A stretch of 46,168 nt of DNA from the UHGV virus genome UHGV-0285609, one strand, 5' to 3'. Under the pieces are notes generated by a model. The model did no database searches. It saw only the letters and a list, made by a program, of their open reading frames with translations, and was not told the DNA's origin. The stretch is from a virus. Both the position numbers and the translations under genes were made by a program. Position 1 is the stretch's first letter, and every line of letters begins with the position of its first letter. This document shows positions 17,546 through 27,463 of this stretch, one piece after another.

Positions 17546-18547
17546 TTGAAGATGGCACAAAAGTTCAGTTTAAAGAATGCTGAACAAGTAAGACAAACAA
17601 CAACAGTACAGATGCAAAAAGACATAAAACAAATGTATGAGCATCTGTACAAAGATGTTACAAAACAAATAGCAAGTATGGGCAATAGAAACATGCAAAA
17701 ACAAAACCTCGTATTGTTAAAGCGGAGTATAACAAAAAGAATACAACAACTAAATGAAGATATTAAAAATGGAGTTGTTAGAAGTATGACAACAGTTTCG
17801 GAAGCGGTGGTGTATGACACTAGAACATTTTTAAAGTATTGTGGTTTTAAAGATTCAGATATACATGAAGCATTTAAGTTTGTTCCAGACCAAGTTGTTA
17901 GAAATATAATAACAGGTAATATATATCAAGATAATTGGACATTAAGTAAAGCAATATGGGGTTATAACAAACAAACACAGGAAAGTATAAACAAAATAAT
18001 TTCAATAGGAACAGCGCAAGGAAAAAGTGCTTATGAGATAGCACTTGATATTGAAAGCTATGTAGACCCAAAAGCAAGGAAAGCAAGTAAGGTTATATAT
18101 AGCACAAGAAAAGCAAGAATAACAGATGTACAAGCGGGAAGAGCAAACAGTGTTGGAGAAACAATAAACGATAAGTTTCGTTTTGGTCATGTTGATTACA
18201 ACGCACAAAGGCTTGCAAGAACATTAGTATCACATGCATATCAACAGAGTTTTGAAGCGGTGAATAAGAATGACCCGTTTGTAATTGGATATAGATGGAT
18301 TACAAGTAATTTCCATGGTAGGGTATGCAGAATATGTGAGAACAGAGCAAAAGATGATAAGTATGGATTAGGGCAAGGGGTATATCCAAAAGATGCATTA
18401 CCATTAGACCATCCGAATGGAATGTGTACTTTTGAAGCTGTGATTCCAGATAGTATGCAAGACATAGCCAAGAAAATAGGAATGTGGTATAATTCACCAG
18501 TTGGAACATTTCCAGATATTGACAAGTATGCATTAGATTTTATGTAG
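17546..18547 (+). CDS. minor head morphogenesis protein, Mu F / SPP1 gp7 family
   Basis: Follows the portal gene. Conserved C-terminal block with RVCRICE...HPNGMC (Cys/His cluster typical of MuF-like proteins). Confidence 0.6.
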   Translation: MKMAQKFSLKNAEQVRQTTTVQMQKDIKQMYEHLYKDVTKQIASMGNRNMQKQNLVLLKRSITKRIQQLNEDIKNGVVRSMTTVSEAVVYDTRTFLKYCGFKDSDIHEAFKFVPDQVVRNIITGNIYQDNWTLSKAIWGYNKQTQESINKIISIGTAQGKSAYEIALDIESYVDPKARKASKVIYSTRKARITDVQAGRANSVGETINDKFRFGHVDYNAQRLARTLVSHAYQQSFEAVNKNDPFVIGYRWITSNFHGRVCRICENRAKDDKYGLGQGVYPKDALPLDHPNGMCTFEAVIPDSMQDIAKKIGMWYNSPVGTFPDIDKYALDFM

Positions 18548-18562
18548 AACAGGAGAGAGAAC

Positions 18563-18976
18563 ATGGAAGTAAAAAGAGTATGTAACAAATGTGGAGAAGT
18601 AAACAGTTTAGACTCAAAGTCACTATTGAAAAAAGATGTATATGACGAAGATAAAAAACATTATGTTATTTTGTATTTTGAATGTGTAAGATGTAAAGAA
18701 ATCGAAGTGGTTCAGATAGACGATAATGAGTCCATACAGACGTTTAAAGAGATTAAGGCACTATTTATCAAGGCAATGAGAAAACGCCTTAAAAAAGAAA
18801 CTGTGAGCCCTAGAGAGGTAAAGAAAAAGGATAAACTTACGAAGAAACTCAATGAAAAAAGAAAGCTACTCAATGAAATATTAAAGGGAAAAACCTTTTA
18901 TGATGAAAATGGAAAAATATTCATAAAAGAGTTGACAATATATACAGGTGGTGATATAATTGAAAGTGACATGTGA
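18563..18976 (+). CDS. zinc-ribbon protein (CNKCGE...CVRCKE)
   Basis: Two CxxC pairs; K/E-rich C-terminus. Confidence 0.4.
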   Translation: MEVKRVCNKCGEVNSLDSKSLLKKDVYDEDKKHYVILYFECVRCKEIEVVQIDDNESIQTFKEIKALFIKAMRKRLKKETVSPREVKKKDKLTKKLNEKRKLLNEILKGKTFYDENGKIFIKELTIYTGGDIIESDM

Positions 18977-19271
18977 TAAGTGTCAAATATCCTTTTATCC
19001 AATGATAAAGGAAGAAAACAAACAAGTTGGAAAACAAAACATAACAAGGACTTTTCTAGTATGTCCGAATTGTGGAAAACAATATGATTCTTATTATGAT
19101 AATCAAAAAACATTGATTTTGAAAAAACAAATTAGAAAGGCACTTGCAAATGCAAGTGTTGAAACAAATGAGACAAATAAGGAGAGAATTTTAAAAGGTA
19201 TTGAGAAAAAGAAAAAACAGTTGAAGAAAGAAGAGAGAATTTCACAAACATTATATAATAAAGGAGAATAG
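18960..19271 (+). CDS. zinc-ribbon protein (CDKCQ...CPNCGKQY), paralog-like to the upstream gene
   Basis: Two CxxC pairs; K/E-rich C-terminus. Confidence 0.4.
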   Translation: MKVTCDKCQISFYPMIKEENKQVGKQNITRTFLVCPNCGKQYDSYYDNQKTLILKKQIRKALANASVETNETNKERILKGIEKKKKQLKKEERISQTLYNKGE

Positions 19272-19276
19272 AACAA

Positions 19277-19951
19277 ATGCCAGAAGTAAATACAAATACA
19301 AATGGAACAAATGGAGAGCAGAATACACAGAACAATAACGCAAACAATAACAATACACAGCAGAACAACAACACAAGTCAGCAGACAAGTACACAGCAGA
19401 ACAGTAATGTTGATGTTGAAAAAGTAAAAGGTGATGCTATTACAGAATATCTTAAATCTTTAGGAGTTGAAAATTCGGAGTCGTTACAGGAAATCGTAAA
19501 GAAAGCGAAAGAGGACGAAGAAGCAAATAAAACAGATTTACAGAAAAAAGATGATGAGTTGACAGCTACAACAAAAGAACTTGTTGACGAGCGTGAAGCA
19601 AGAGTTATCGCAGAAGCTAAACTGTCTGCTATTCAGTTAGGAGCAAAACCAGAGCTTGTGGATGATTTAGTTATTGTTGCAAAATCAAAAGTAACAAAAG
19701 ATAAAGACATTAACGCTGTAATTGCAGAAATGAAAGATAGCACAAATGGAAAGATTTATTTTGCTATTGGTGAGGAAGATGAAACAAATAAAAAAGGAAC
19801 AGTAACACGTTCAAGAGTTAAGAAAGCAACAGAGCAAAATAAACAGAATACAAATGGAGAATCAAACAACGGTGATTCAAAGTACGCAGGAACAATGGCT
19901 GAAAGATTACTTGCTGGAAGAAAAGCAGTAAAGAGTCATTATTTTAAATAA
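19277..19951 (+). CDS. scaffolding protein candidate
   Basis: N/Q-rich N-terminus then a charged coiled coil. Positioned two genes upstream of the major capsid protein gene, immediately before the gpD-like decoration gene. Confidence 0.5.
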   Translation: MPEVNTNTNGTNGEQNTQNNNANNNNTQQNNNTSQQTSTQQNSNVDVEKVKGDAITEYLKSLGVENSESLQEIVKKAKEDEEANKTDLQKKDDELTATTKELVDEREARVIAEAKLSAIQLGAKPELVDDLVIVAKSKVTKDKDINAVIAEMKDSTNGKIYFAIGEEDETNKKGTVTRSRVKKATEQNKQNTNGESNNGDSKYAGTMAERLLAGRKAVKSHYFK

Positions 19952-19958
19952 AAGGAGA

Positions 19959-20372
19959 GTGAAACAAATGTTAAATCAAACAGGAGTTAGAAAAGAAACA
20001 TATGGAAATACAAACCAGATTCTTTTTGCAGTAGAACATCAAGTTTCTATGGGTGTTGTAGTAAGTAAAGCACTCGGAGTTGCAGAGGGAACAAAGAAAG
20101 TTGTTAAAGCGGGAACACCACTTACAGGGAAACTTGATGCAAGAACAACAGCGTTCACAGCGTTCACAGGGGCAACAGCTGGGAGTTCTACAGAAGCGTC
20201 TAACGCAGTAGGAGTTCTGTTACATGATGTAGATGTTACAACAGGTGATGCAAATGGAATATTGCTTTTGTTCGGATTCGTAAACACAAACAGAATTGAT
20301 GCAACAACAAAAGAAAAACTTACAGATATTGTAAAAGCGGCAATGCCAATGATTAAATTCGTTGCTTGCTAA
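19959..20372 (+). CDS. head decoration protein candidate (lambda gpD-like position)
   Basis: 137 aa, between scaffold and a gpE-like MCP as in the lambda Nu3-D-E order. Confidence 0.4.
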   Translation: MKQMLNQTGVRKETYGNTNQILFAVEHQVSMGVVVSKALGVAEGTKKVVKAGTPLTGKLDARTTAFTAFTGATAGSSTEASNAVGVLLHDVDVTTGDANGILLLFGFVNTNRIDATTKEKLTDIVKAAMPMIKFVAC

Positions 20373-20397
20373 TTAAGAAATAGGAGGAAAACAAAAC

Positions 20398-21459
20398 ATG
20401 ACAATTTATGACCTTATTATTAGTTCTGAAATTACCTCATATTGGGAACTGTTACAACAGGATAGAGAGCCATATCTCGGCGAAGAACTTTTCCCAAATG
20501 ATAAGAAACTCGGACTCACACTGAAATGGTTGAAAGGTTCTAATGGACTTCCAGTAGTTCTGAAAGCATCAGCGTTTGATGTACAGGCTATTCCAAGACC
20601 GAGAATTGGATTTGAGAAGTTAAGTGCAGATATGCCATTCTTTAAAGAGTCCAAATATATTGATGAAGAGTTAAGACAGGAACTCAACAAAATCATTGAG
20701 AGTGGAAACCAAGCATATATTGATGCTATTGTGAATAGAATCTTTGCAGACGAGGTTGAACTTCTCGAGGGTGCTTCCGCACAGCGAGAGCGTATGAGAA
20801 TGATGATGCTTACAACAGGTACAATTTCCATGAAAGGAAATGGACAGGTTTATGAGTATGATTATGGTGTAGATGGTAGCCATAAAGTAACAGTAACAAA
20901 GAGTTGGAGCGACCCATCAGCAACAATTCTTGATGATATCAGAACAGGTATTACAAAAATCGTTGATGATACAGGAGTAACAGTTGAAAGAGCAGTATGT
21001 TCTTCCAAGGTGTTTGGATACATTAGAGCAAATACAGAAATCAAGAAATCTATCTATGTTATGACAGATGGTGTTGGTTTTGTATCAGATGCAAAAGTTA
21101 AACAGTTTATCAAAGATGAACTTGGAATTGACATTGTTGTATACGACAAACGATACAAAGACGAAGAGGGAGCAGTTCAGAGATATGTTCCAGAAGATGT
21201 TTTTGTTATGTTCCCAACAGGAAAACTTGGGAACACATGGTTTGGTACAACACCAGAAGAATCAGACCTTATGTCAAGTAATGTTGCAAATGTTTCAATT
21301 ACAGATACAGGAGTAGCAGTTACAACAATGACAAAGGCAGACCCAGTAAACGTAGAAACAAAAGCTACAATGATTTGTTTGCCAGACTTCCCAACAGCAG
21401 ACCAAGTATATATTCTTGATGTAGTAGCGCAAGGGAGGAATAAACATGGCAATGGTTAA
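20398..21459 (+). CDS. major capsid protein, lambda gpE-like family
   Basis: Position and size. YVPEDVFVMFPTGKLGNTWFGTTPE resembles the lambda gpE NFLPDNTMVLGNTQARGLRTYG block. Confidence 0.6.
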   Translation: MTIYDLIISSEITSYWELLQQDREPYLGEELFPNDKKLGLTLKWLKGSNGLPVVLKASAFDVQAIPRPRIGFEKLSADMPFFKESKYIDEELRQELNKIIESGNQAYIDAIVNRIFADEVELLEGASAQRERMRMMMLTTGTISMKGNGQVYEYDYGVDGSHKVTVTKSWSDPSATILDDIRTGITKIVDDTGVTVERAVCSSKVFGYIRANTEIKKSIYVMTDGVGFVSDAKVKQFIKDELGIDIVVYDKRYKDEEGAVQRYVPEDVFVMFPTGKLGNTWFGTTPEESDLMSSNVANVSITDTGVAVTTMTKADPVNVETKATMICLPDFPTADQVYILDVVAQGRNKHGNG

Positions 21460-21748
21460 TATTATGAAAGGCGAGCATATTGTTAAGGTAAGTCGCAATT
21501 CGTATGAAACAATGTTCAAGAAGAATGGTTATGTTATTGTTGATGAAACAAAACAAAACATTGATGATATTGTAGAAGATGAACAGATTGAAGAAGATGA
21601 TTCAGTTGATACAATTCCGATTTCTGAAATGAACAAAGAACAGCTTGCGGAGTACGCAACAAAACATAACATTGATACTTCAAAAGCTAAAAATGTAAGA
21701 GAAGCAAGGCAGATTATTCAGAAAGCAATCCAACAGAGTAAAATGTAA
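21446..21748 (+). CDS. acidic protein with C-terminal Rho-N/HeH-like motif
   Basis: MNKEQLAEYATKHNIDTSKAKNVREARQIIQKAI. Confidence 0.4.
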   Translation: MAMVNIMKGEHIVKVSRNSYETMFKKNGYVIVDETKQNIDDIVEDEQIEEDDSVDTIPISEMNKEQLAEYATKHNIDTSKAKNVREARQIIQKAIQQSKM

Positions 21749-21754
21749 ACAAAT

Positions 21755-22018
21755 GTGGGAGGTGAGTATATGGATAATTTAGAACAGTTAAAATTCAACT
21801 TGAGAGAAAAACAAGCACCATATTTTGAAGTGGATGAATTACAATATCTATTAGAAAAAAATAACGGTGATGTTAGAAAAGCAAGCTATGATGGATTGAT
21901 AATCAAAGCAGAAGTAACAGGGTTGGATGTAAGTGGTTTGACCACGAAAGACAGTTCTAGTTATTTCAAGATGCTTGCATCCCATTTTGTTTCTGTAAAC
22001 AGTGGGGTGCTAAAATGA
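21755..22018 (+). CDS. head-tail connector protein candidate
   Basis: Small ORF in the head-tail joining block. Confidence 0.35.
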   Translation: MGGEYMDNLEQLKFNLREKQAPYFEVDELQYLLEKNNGDVRKASYDGLIIKAEVTGLDVSGLTTKDSSSYFKMLASHFVSVNSGVLK

Positions 22019-22395
22019 ATGAGAAAATGTTACAGATAGAATTGAATAAAGTAAAACGAGAGATAAAAACACATGGCAGAAGCTATGAAGTCAAAAGAAC
22101 AATACTAAACAACTATGGAGAAGATACAGACGAACAGCAGAGTATAACAGAAGTACAAGGATTGTTTCATACAGAAAAGGGGTATATAACAAAAAGCGTT
22201 TCAGATGGTTCTAAAACACATTCAAAAGGACAACCGAAATTAATGGTTGCATATGATGATTCTGTTTTGATTAAAAATGGAGATATGATACAAATAAATG
22301 AAAACACTTATAAGATTATTGAGAAAAATAATATACAAGAGTTTAACATTGTTTGTGATATATCAATGGAGTTGGTGTTAAATGGGAACAATTAG
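22015..22395 (+). CDS. head-tail joining protein candidate
   Basis: Overlapping small ORFs between MCP and major tail protein. Confidence 0.35.
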   Translation: MNEKMLQIELNKVKREIKTHGRSYEVKRTILNNYGEDTDEQQSITEVQGLFHTEKGYITKSVSDGSKTHSKGQPKLMVAYDDSVLIKNGDMIQINENTYKIIEKNNIQEFNIVCDISMELVLNGNN

Positions 22396-22738
22396 AATTG
22401 ATGCAAAACAGTTACTTGATAATTTAGAAAGAGCTGAAACAAAATCGCAAATTGCAATTAAAATGTTTGCAACAAGCGGTGCAAAAAAGTTTCAGAACTA
22501 TGCTAAGAAGAACAGACCATGGACAGACAGAACAGGACATGCAAGACAAAGATTAACGGGATGGGTTGAGCAAATAGGAAAAATGAGAACGAGAATATAT
22601 ATAGGTCATGGAGTTGACTATGGTATATATTTAGAGTTATGTAATGAAAGAAGATTTGCAATTCTACAGCGAACCGTTAATGCATGTTCTACGGAAGTTT
22701 TAGATGGGTATAAAGACTTATTGAGGTATATCAAATGA
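22382..22738 (+). CDS. head-tail adaptor or tail completion candidate (HK97 gp10-like)
   Basis: Position and size. Confidence 0.35.
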   Translation: MGTIRIDAKQLLDNLERAETKSQIAIKMFATSGAKKFQNYAKKNRPWTDRTGHARQRLTGWVEQIGKMRTRIYIGHGVDYGIYLELCNERRFAILQRTVNACSTEVLDGYKDLLRYIK

Positions 22739-23094
22739 AAAGTATTATAGAACAAATTAGGGATGCTATAGCGGTAGATGGAACAGAGGTTTATTACCCA
22801 TCACAACATAAAGGCGAATGTTTGAAAGAGTATGTTGTTGTGAAGTCAGAGGGGACATATGAACAACAAACAGTTTCAAGTGAAAGACCGCTATATACAA
22901 TTATGTTATATGTTCCAGTAAACAGATATGGAAGAATTGAAAGTTTCATGTTCGAAACAAAACAAAAAATGAAACAAGTATTTCCACTTGTTATGTATGT
23001 TGGAAATGAAACAGCAAGTTTTTATGACGAAGATAAAAACGCACATATGGTATCGTTTCAATACCAAGGATGCAGAAAAATAGAAAATCGTTAG
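22735..23094 (+). CDS. tail completion protein candidate
   Basis: Position. Confidence 0.35.
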   Translation: MKSIIEQIRDAIAVDGTEVYYPSQHKGECLKEYVVVKSEGTYEQQTVSSERPLYTIMLYVPVNRYGRIESFMFETKQKMKQVFPLVMYVGNETASFYDEDKNAHMVSFQYQGCRKIENR

Positions 23095-23105
23095 GAGGTT
23101 AAGTA

Positions 23106-23738
23106 ATGGCTAAAACACAGAAAAAAGCAGTTGGAATACCAACCATTGATGTTTCGCTTGTAGTAGTAAGAACAGGTGTCGTCGATGGTAATGATACAAA
23201 TGCAACAGAAATTGCGGTAGATACAGCAAACAAAGTTGGAGTCGAACCGCAGACAGAAACAACAGATGCAATTAAACTTGTAAAATTAGGAAGATTAATC
23301 GCACAGAAACCAGCAACGACAACAATCACTGGACATCAGATTACATTAACAGACAATGTATTTATTCCAGAACTTGTTAAGATTCTGCAAGGTGGTACAG
23401 TAGGGGGAACAGGTGATACACTAACATATACACCACCAGTTGCGGGAAGTACAGACAAAGGACAGGTATTTGAACTTGATTGTTATTCAGCACAGTATGA
23501 TGCAAGTGGTCAGATTGTTAGATATGAGAAAATCACATACCCTAACTGTCAAGGAACACCAGTTGCAATGAGTTCAGAGGATGATGTATTTAGAGTTCCA
23601 GAGTACACAATTAATTCAGCACCAAAAGAGGGAGAAGCACCATATAAGATTTCTTATGTGAAAACACTTCCACAGTTCACAGACGCTGTAGCATTGTCGG
23701 ATGAGGATAGTTTTGAAACAGGACTTGCAGTAAATTAA
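23106..23738 (+). CDS. major tail protein candidate
   Basis: 210 aa, T/G/V-rich. Immediately upstream of the chaperone and tape measure genes. Confidence 0.5.
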   Translation: MAKTQKKAVGIPTIDVSLVVVRTGVVDGNDTNATEIAVDTANKVGVEPQTETTDAIKLVKLGRLIAQKPATTTITGHQITLTDNVFIPELVKILQGGTVGGTGDTLTYTPPVAGSTDKGQVFELDCYSAQYDASGQIVRYEKITYPNCQGTPVAMSSEDDVFRVPEYTINSAPKEGEAPYKISYVKTLPQFTDAVALSDEDSFETGLAVN

Positions 23739-23765
23739 AACAAAAAAAGATAGGAGAATGAGAAC

Positions 23766-24173
23766 ATGGCAAAAACAGCAAAAACAGAACAGGTAACAAG
23801 TTTGGAACAGTTGAAACAATATGCAAATGGTAATGTTGTAAGGCTTCCGGATTTTGCAGAGGGGCAACCTTTTGTTGCAAAACTTAAAAGACCATCTATT
23901 TTAGGAATGGCAAAACAGGGAAAGATTCCAAACTCATTACTTGTTAAAACAAATGAGTTATTCGTACAGAGTGGTAGTCTTGATACAGAAGAAAACAGTA
24001 TGATGCAAGAAATCTATGACGTAATTGATTTGATTGCAAATGAAACTTTTGTAGAGCCAACATATGATGAAATCAAAAGTACAGGGATTGAGCTTACAGA
24101 TGAACAGATGATGTTTATTTTCAACTACTCACAACAGGGGGTAAAAGCGTTAGAATCCTTTCGTACAGAGTAA
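23766..24173 (+). CDS. tail assembly chaperone (gpG-like)
   Basis: 135 aa acidic protein directly upstream of the tape measure gene. Confidence 0.55.
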   Translation: MAKTAKTEQVTSLEQLKQYANGNVVRLPDFAEGQPFVAKLKRPSILGMAKQGKIPNSLLVKTNELFVQSGSLDTEENSMMQEIYDVIDLIANETFVEPTYDEIKSTGIELTDEQMMFIFNYSQQGVKALESFRTE

Positions 24174-24396
24174 AAAGATAGAAAGCGTATTAGCAATATC
24201 AAGGCAGTATAAATGTTTACCTAGCGAAGTGTTAGGGATAGAGGACAGTTATACTGCCTTTTGTTTTAACGAAGCATGTTGTGAACTAACATTGAGACTA
24301 ACAGAGGGAGAAAAACCTTATTACATAGAACAGAACAAAAAAGCGGAAACAAAACATTATAACAATTTTAAAGATTTTTATAAACAGTACGAATAA
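24154..24396 (+). CDS. putative +1 frameshift extension of tail assembly chaperone (gpGT-like); no ATG of its own
   Basis: Frame +1 is open from 24154 to the stop at 24394-24396, overlapping the last 6 codons of the chaperone. No in-frame ATG or RBS. Confidence 0.35.
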   Translation, partial: NPFVQSKKIESVLAISRQYKCLPSEVLGIEDSYTAFCFNEACCELTLRLTEGEKPYYIEQNKKAETKHYNNFKDFYKQYE

Positions 24397-24424
24397 ACAA
24401 AGTATTGTTTGAAAGGAGAAATAA

Positions 24425-27400
24425 ATGGCGGTTAATATGGGAACTGCTGTGGCATATTTGGAACTTGATTCAAGTAAGTTTCAAAAAGGGTTTAAATCCG
24501 CTTATAACGACCTAAAAGTTTTTGGGGATAAATCAGCCACAGCAGAACAAAAGTTTAAAGGACTTTCAAGTGCTTTTGCTACAGTTGGAAGTACAATGTC
24601 AAGAAGTGTAACATTGCCACTTGTAGGAGTAGGGGCGGCGGCACTTAAAGCGGGAACAGATTTTGAAAGTGCTATGTCACAAGTTGCCGCAACAATGGGA
24701 ACAACAACAGATAAGATTCAAAACCTTTCTAAGTTCGCACAGCATATGGGAGCTACAACAGCGTTTAGCGCAACGCAAGCGGCAGAGGGATTAAATGTAT
24801 TAGCGCAAAGTGGACTAACGGCAGAAGAGCAAATGCAAGCACTTCCAGAGGTGTTAAATCTTGCGGCGGCTGGTAACTTAAGTTTGGCTGATTCTTCCAC
24901 TTATGTTGTAGGAACGCTAAAAGGTTTTGGAAAAGGAATGGACGAAGCAAAACGTGTTACAGATTTAGTTGCTAAAGGGGCAACAATGGCGAACACAGAT
25001 GTTAGAGGATTAGGAACAGCACTTTCCTCTTCATCCGCAACAGCTAAGAGTTATGGACAAAACATGGATAGTGTAACATTAAGTTTGTTACGATTAGCAG
25101 AACAAAACATAACAGGTGAAGAAGCGGCAACAGCATTGAACAGAGCAATGATGGATTTGTATACTCCAACAAGTACAGCAAAGAAAGCACTTGATGAATT
25201 AGGTGTTTCAGTATATGATGCACAAGGAAATGCAAGAGATTTCAATGATGTTGTAGATGAATTAAATGGTAAACTAAGTGGAATGTCAGAAGAACAACGA
25301 AACGCATATAAGAACACAATATTCACAACATATGGTTTGCAAGCGTTCAACAAAATGACAGTTTCGTCAACAGAGAAAGTCAATGATTTTAAAGAGGGAT
25401 TAAAAGATGCAAACGATTCAGCACTAAAACAAGCACAAACACAGCTTGATAATTTAAAGGGTGATATAACACTTTTTAAATCAGCATTAGAGGGTGCGGG
25501 AATTGTTATATCAAATGTATTGATTCCAAACATAAGAAATTTTATTCAGTGGCTCACAAACCTTGTAACAAAGTTTAATGAGCTGTCAGAAGAACAGCAG
25601 AATTTTATCGTAAAAGCTGGTCTTGTAATTGCCGCAATCGGGCCAGTTTTGCTTATTCTATCAAAAGTGGCAAGTACAATAGGAACTATAATTACAGTTG
25701 TTAAAACAGCAAATGGAGTTATTGGAAGTGTAGCAAAAACAATACAGCTCATTAGTATGGGGCAATCTGAATTAGTAGCAAGTATGGGTGGAATACCAAG
25801 TATTATAACAAAAATTTCAACAACTTTTAGTTCAGTAATAGCACCAGTTTTAGGAGTTGCTGCAGTAATTGGAACATTGGTTGCAATGTTTGTTACATTG
25901 TGGAAAACAAATGAAGAATTTAGAAATAACATAACAAGTACATTCAATGAATTAAAGAAAACATTCTCAGATTTTGCGAATGAGTTTGTAAGTAAGATAA
26001 ATGAGCTAGGCTTTAATTTTGAAAGTATAACAGATGTAATTAAAACAGCATGGGAGACATTATGTGATATATTTGCGCCAGTATTTGAGGGTGCTTTTTC
26101 AACACTTGTCGATATAATACAATTAGTGTTAAATAATATTCTAAGTATAATGGATATATTCATTGGAATATTTACAGGAGATTTTGAACAAGTTGCAGAT
26201 GGTATAAAAGGGTTGTTTGACAATGTAGTTGAAACATTTACAAGTATTGGAAGTACAATTCTAAGCACCATCGGAGATATTGGAGCGGAGATATTAGAGA
26301 AGCTAGGACTTGACGAAGCGGCACAAAAGTTTCAAGAGTTTTACGACAAAGCGTCTGATATTTTTAGCAGACTTCCAGAGATTGTTTTAGGAGCGTTTGA
26401 TAGCGTTAAAGCATTCTTTACAGAAACAATTCCAGAAGTATTTAACAATGCAGTTGAAGCAATACAAGGTTTTGCTGACAATGTAATTAGTTTTTTTACA
26501 GAAACAATACCGAATGCATTTAATACTTTTGTGAATGAAACAATACCAAATACAATAAATGCAGTTGTTACATGGTTCAGTGAATTGTCTTATAAGATTG
26601 GCTATGTAATCGGTGAAATGCTAGGGCATATATATTTGTTCGGTCAGTCTTGTATTGAATGGGCAACAACAGAATTACCAGTAATTATTGAAAACATTGT
26701 AACATGGTTCGCACAGTTACCTAGTAGAATATGGGAATGGTTACTTGACACGATAAATAAAGTTATTGAGTGGGGTTCAAGTATGCTACAAAGTGGGACA
26801 GAAGCCGCATCAAACTTTTTAACAAATGTTGTACAGTGGTTCTCACAGTTACCTAGTAGAGTGTGGACATGGTTATCAAATACATTAAGTAAAATTATTT
26901 CATGGGGTTCACAGCTTGTACAAAGCGGAACACAAACAGCCTCTAATTTTGTTTCAAGATTTATTTCGTTTATGCAACAGTTACCTAGCAAAGTTTGGAG
27001 TATTGTAACACAGATTCCAAGTAAGATATTAGCAATAGGCGGTCAGATGTACAGTGCTGGTAGAAATATTCTGTCACAGTTATGGAATGGACTAAAGAGT
27101 ATAGGAAACAGCATACTCGGCTGGGTAAGTGGTTTTGCTGGGTCGATTAAAAGCTTTATTAGTGGAATCGTTAGTGGATTTAAGAGTGTTGTAAGCAGTG
27201 CAAATGAAGCAAAATCAGCCGCTAAGAGTGTAAATGGTAAACATGCAAATGGTTTGGATTATGTACCTTTTAATGGATATGTAGCAGAGTTGCACAAAGG
27301 AGAAAGGGTATTGACAAAACAGGAGAATGAAGAGTATAATAACAGTAGAGGTAGAAATAGCAATGGAGATACATTTAACTTCTACAATACAAAACCAAAC

Positions 27401-27460
27401 GCATATGAGTACGCAAGACAGATGAAAAAAGCAAAAAGGGAGTTACTGTTAGGATTTTAA
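24425..27460 (+). CDS. tail tape measure protein
   Basis: 1011 aa, alpha-helical, hydrophobic central segments, with three internal tandem repeats. Confidence 0.85.
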   Translation: MAVNMGTAVAYLELDSSKFQKGFKSAYNDLKVFGDKSATAEQKFKGLSSAFATVGSTMSRSVTLPLVGVGAAALKAGTDFESAMSQVAATMGTTTDKIQNLSKFAQHMGATTAFSATQAAEGLNVLAQSGLTAEEQMQALPEVLNLAAAGNLSLADSSTYVVGTLKGFGKGMDEAKRVTDLVAKGATMANTDVRGLGTALSSSSATAKSYGQNMDSVTLSLLRLAEQNITGEEAATALNRAMMDLYTPTSTAKKALDELGVSVYDAQGNARDFNDVVDELNGKLSGMSEEQRNAYKNTIFTTYGLQAFNKMTVSSTEKVNDFKEGLKDANDSALKQAQTQLDNLKGDITLFKSALEGAGIVISNVLIPNIRNFIQWLTNLVTKFNELSEEQQNFIVKAGLVIAAIGPVLLILSKVASTIGTIITVVKTANGVIGSVAKTIQLISMGQSELVASMGGIPSIITKISTTFSSVIAPVLGVAAVIGTLVAMFVTLWKTNEEFRNNITSTFNELKKTFSDFANEFVSKINELGFNFESITDVIKTAWETLCDIFAPVFEGAFSTLVDIIQLVLNNILSIMDIFIGIFTGDFEQVADGIKGLFDNVVETFTSIGSTILSTIGDIGAEILEKLGLDEAAQKFQEFYDKASDIFSRLPEIVLGAFDSVKAFFTETIPEVFNNAVEAIQGFADNVISFFTETIPNAFNTFVNETIPNTINAVVTWFSELSYKIGYVIGEMLGHIYLFGQSCIEWATTELPVIIENIVTWFAQLPSRIWEWLLDTINKVIEWGSSMLQSGTEAASNFLTNVVQWFSQLPSRVWTWLSNTLSKIISWGSQLVQSGTQTASNFVSRFISFMQQLPSKVWSIVTQIPSKILAIGGQMYSAGRNILSQLWNGLKSIGNSILGWVSGFAGSIKSFISGIVSGFKSVVSSANEAKSAAKSVNGKHANGLDYVPFNGYVAELHKGERVLTKQENEEYNNSRGRNSNGDTFNFYNTKPNAYEYARQMKKAKRELLLGF
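26700..27090 (+). repeat. three tandem repeats of about 129 nt (43 aa) inside the tape measure gene (WF-QLPSR-W-WL...WGS-LVQSGT-ASNF)
   Basis: Repeats are visible in both the DNA and the translated protein. Confidence 0.6.
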
Positions 27461-27463
27461 AAG

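Noticed and set aside
25546-26271. 241-aa minus-strand ORF inside the tape measure gene (and similar minus ORFs at 25051-25533, 26644-26991, 37805-38311, 20406-20831)
   Set aside because: Antisense to well-supported + strand genes, with low-complexity translations. Treated as spurious.
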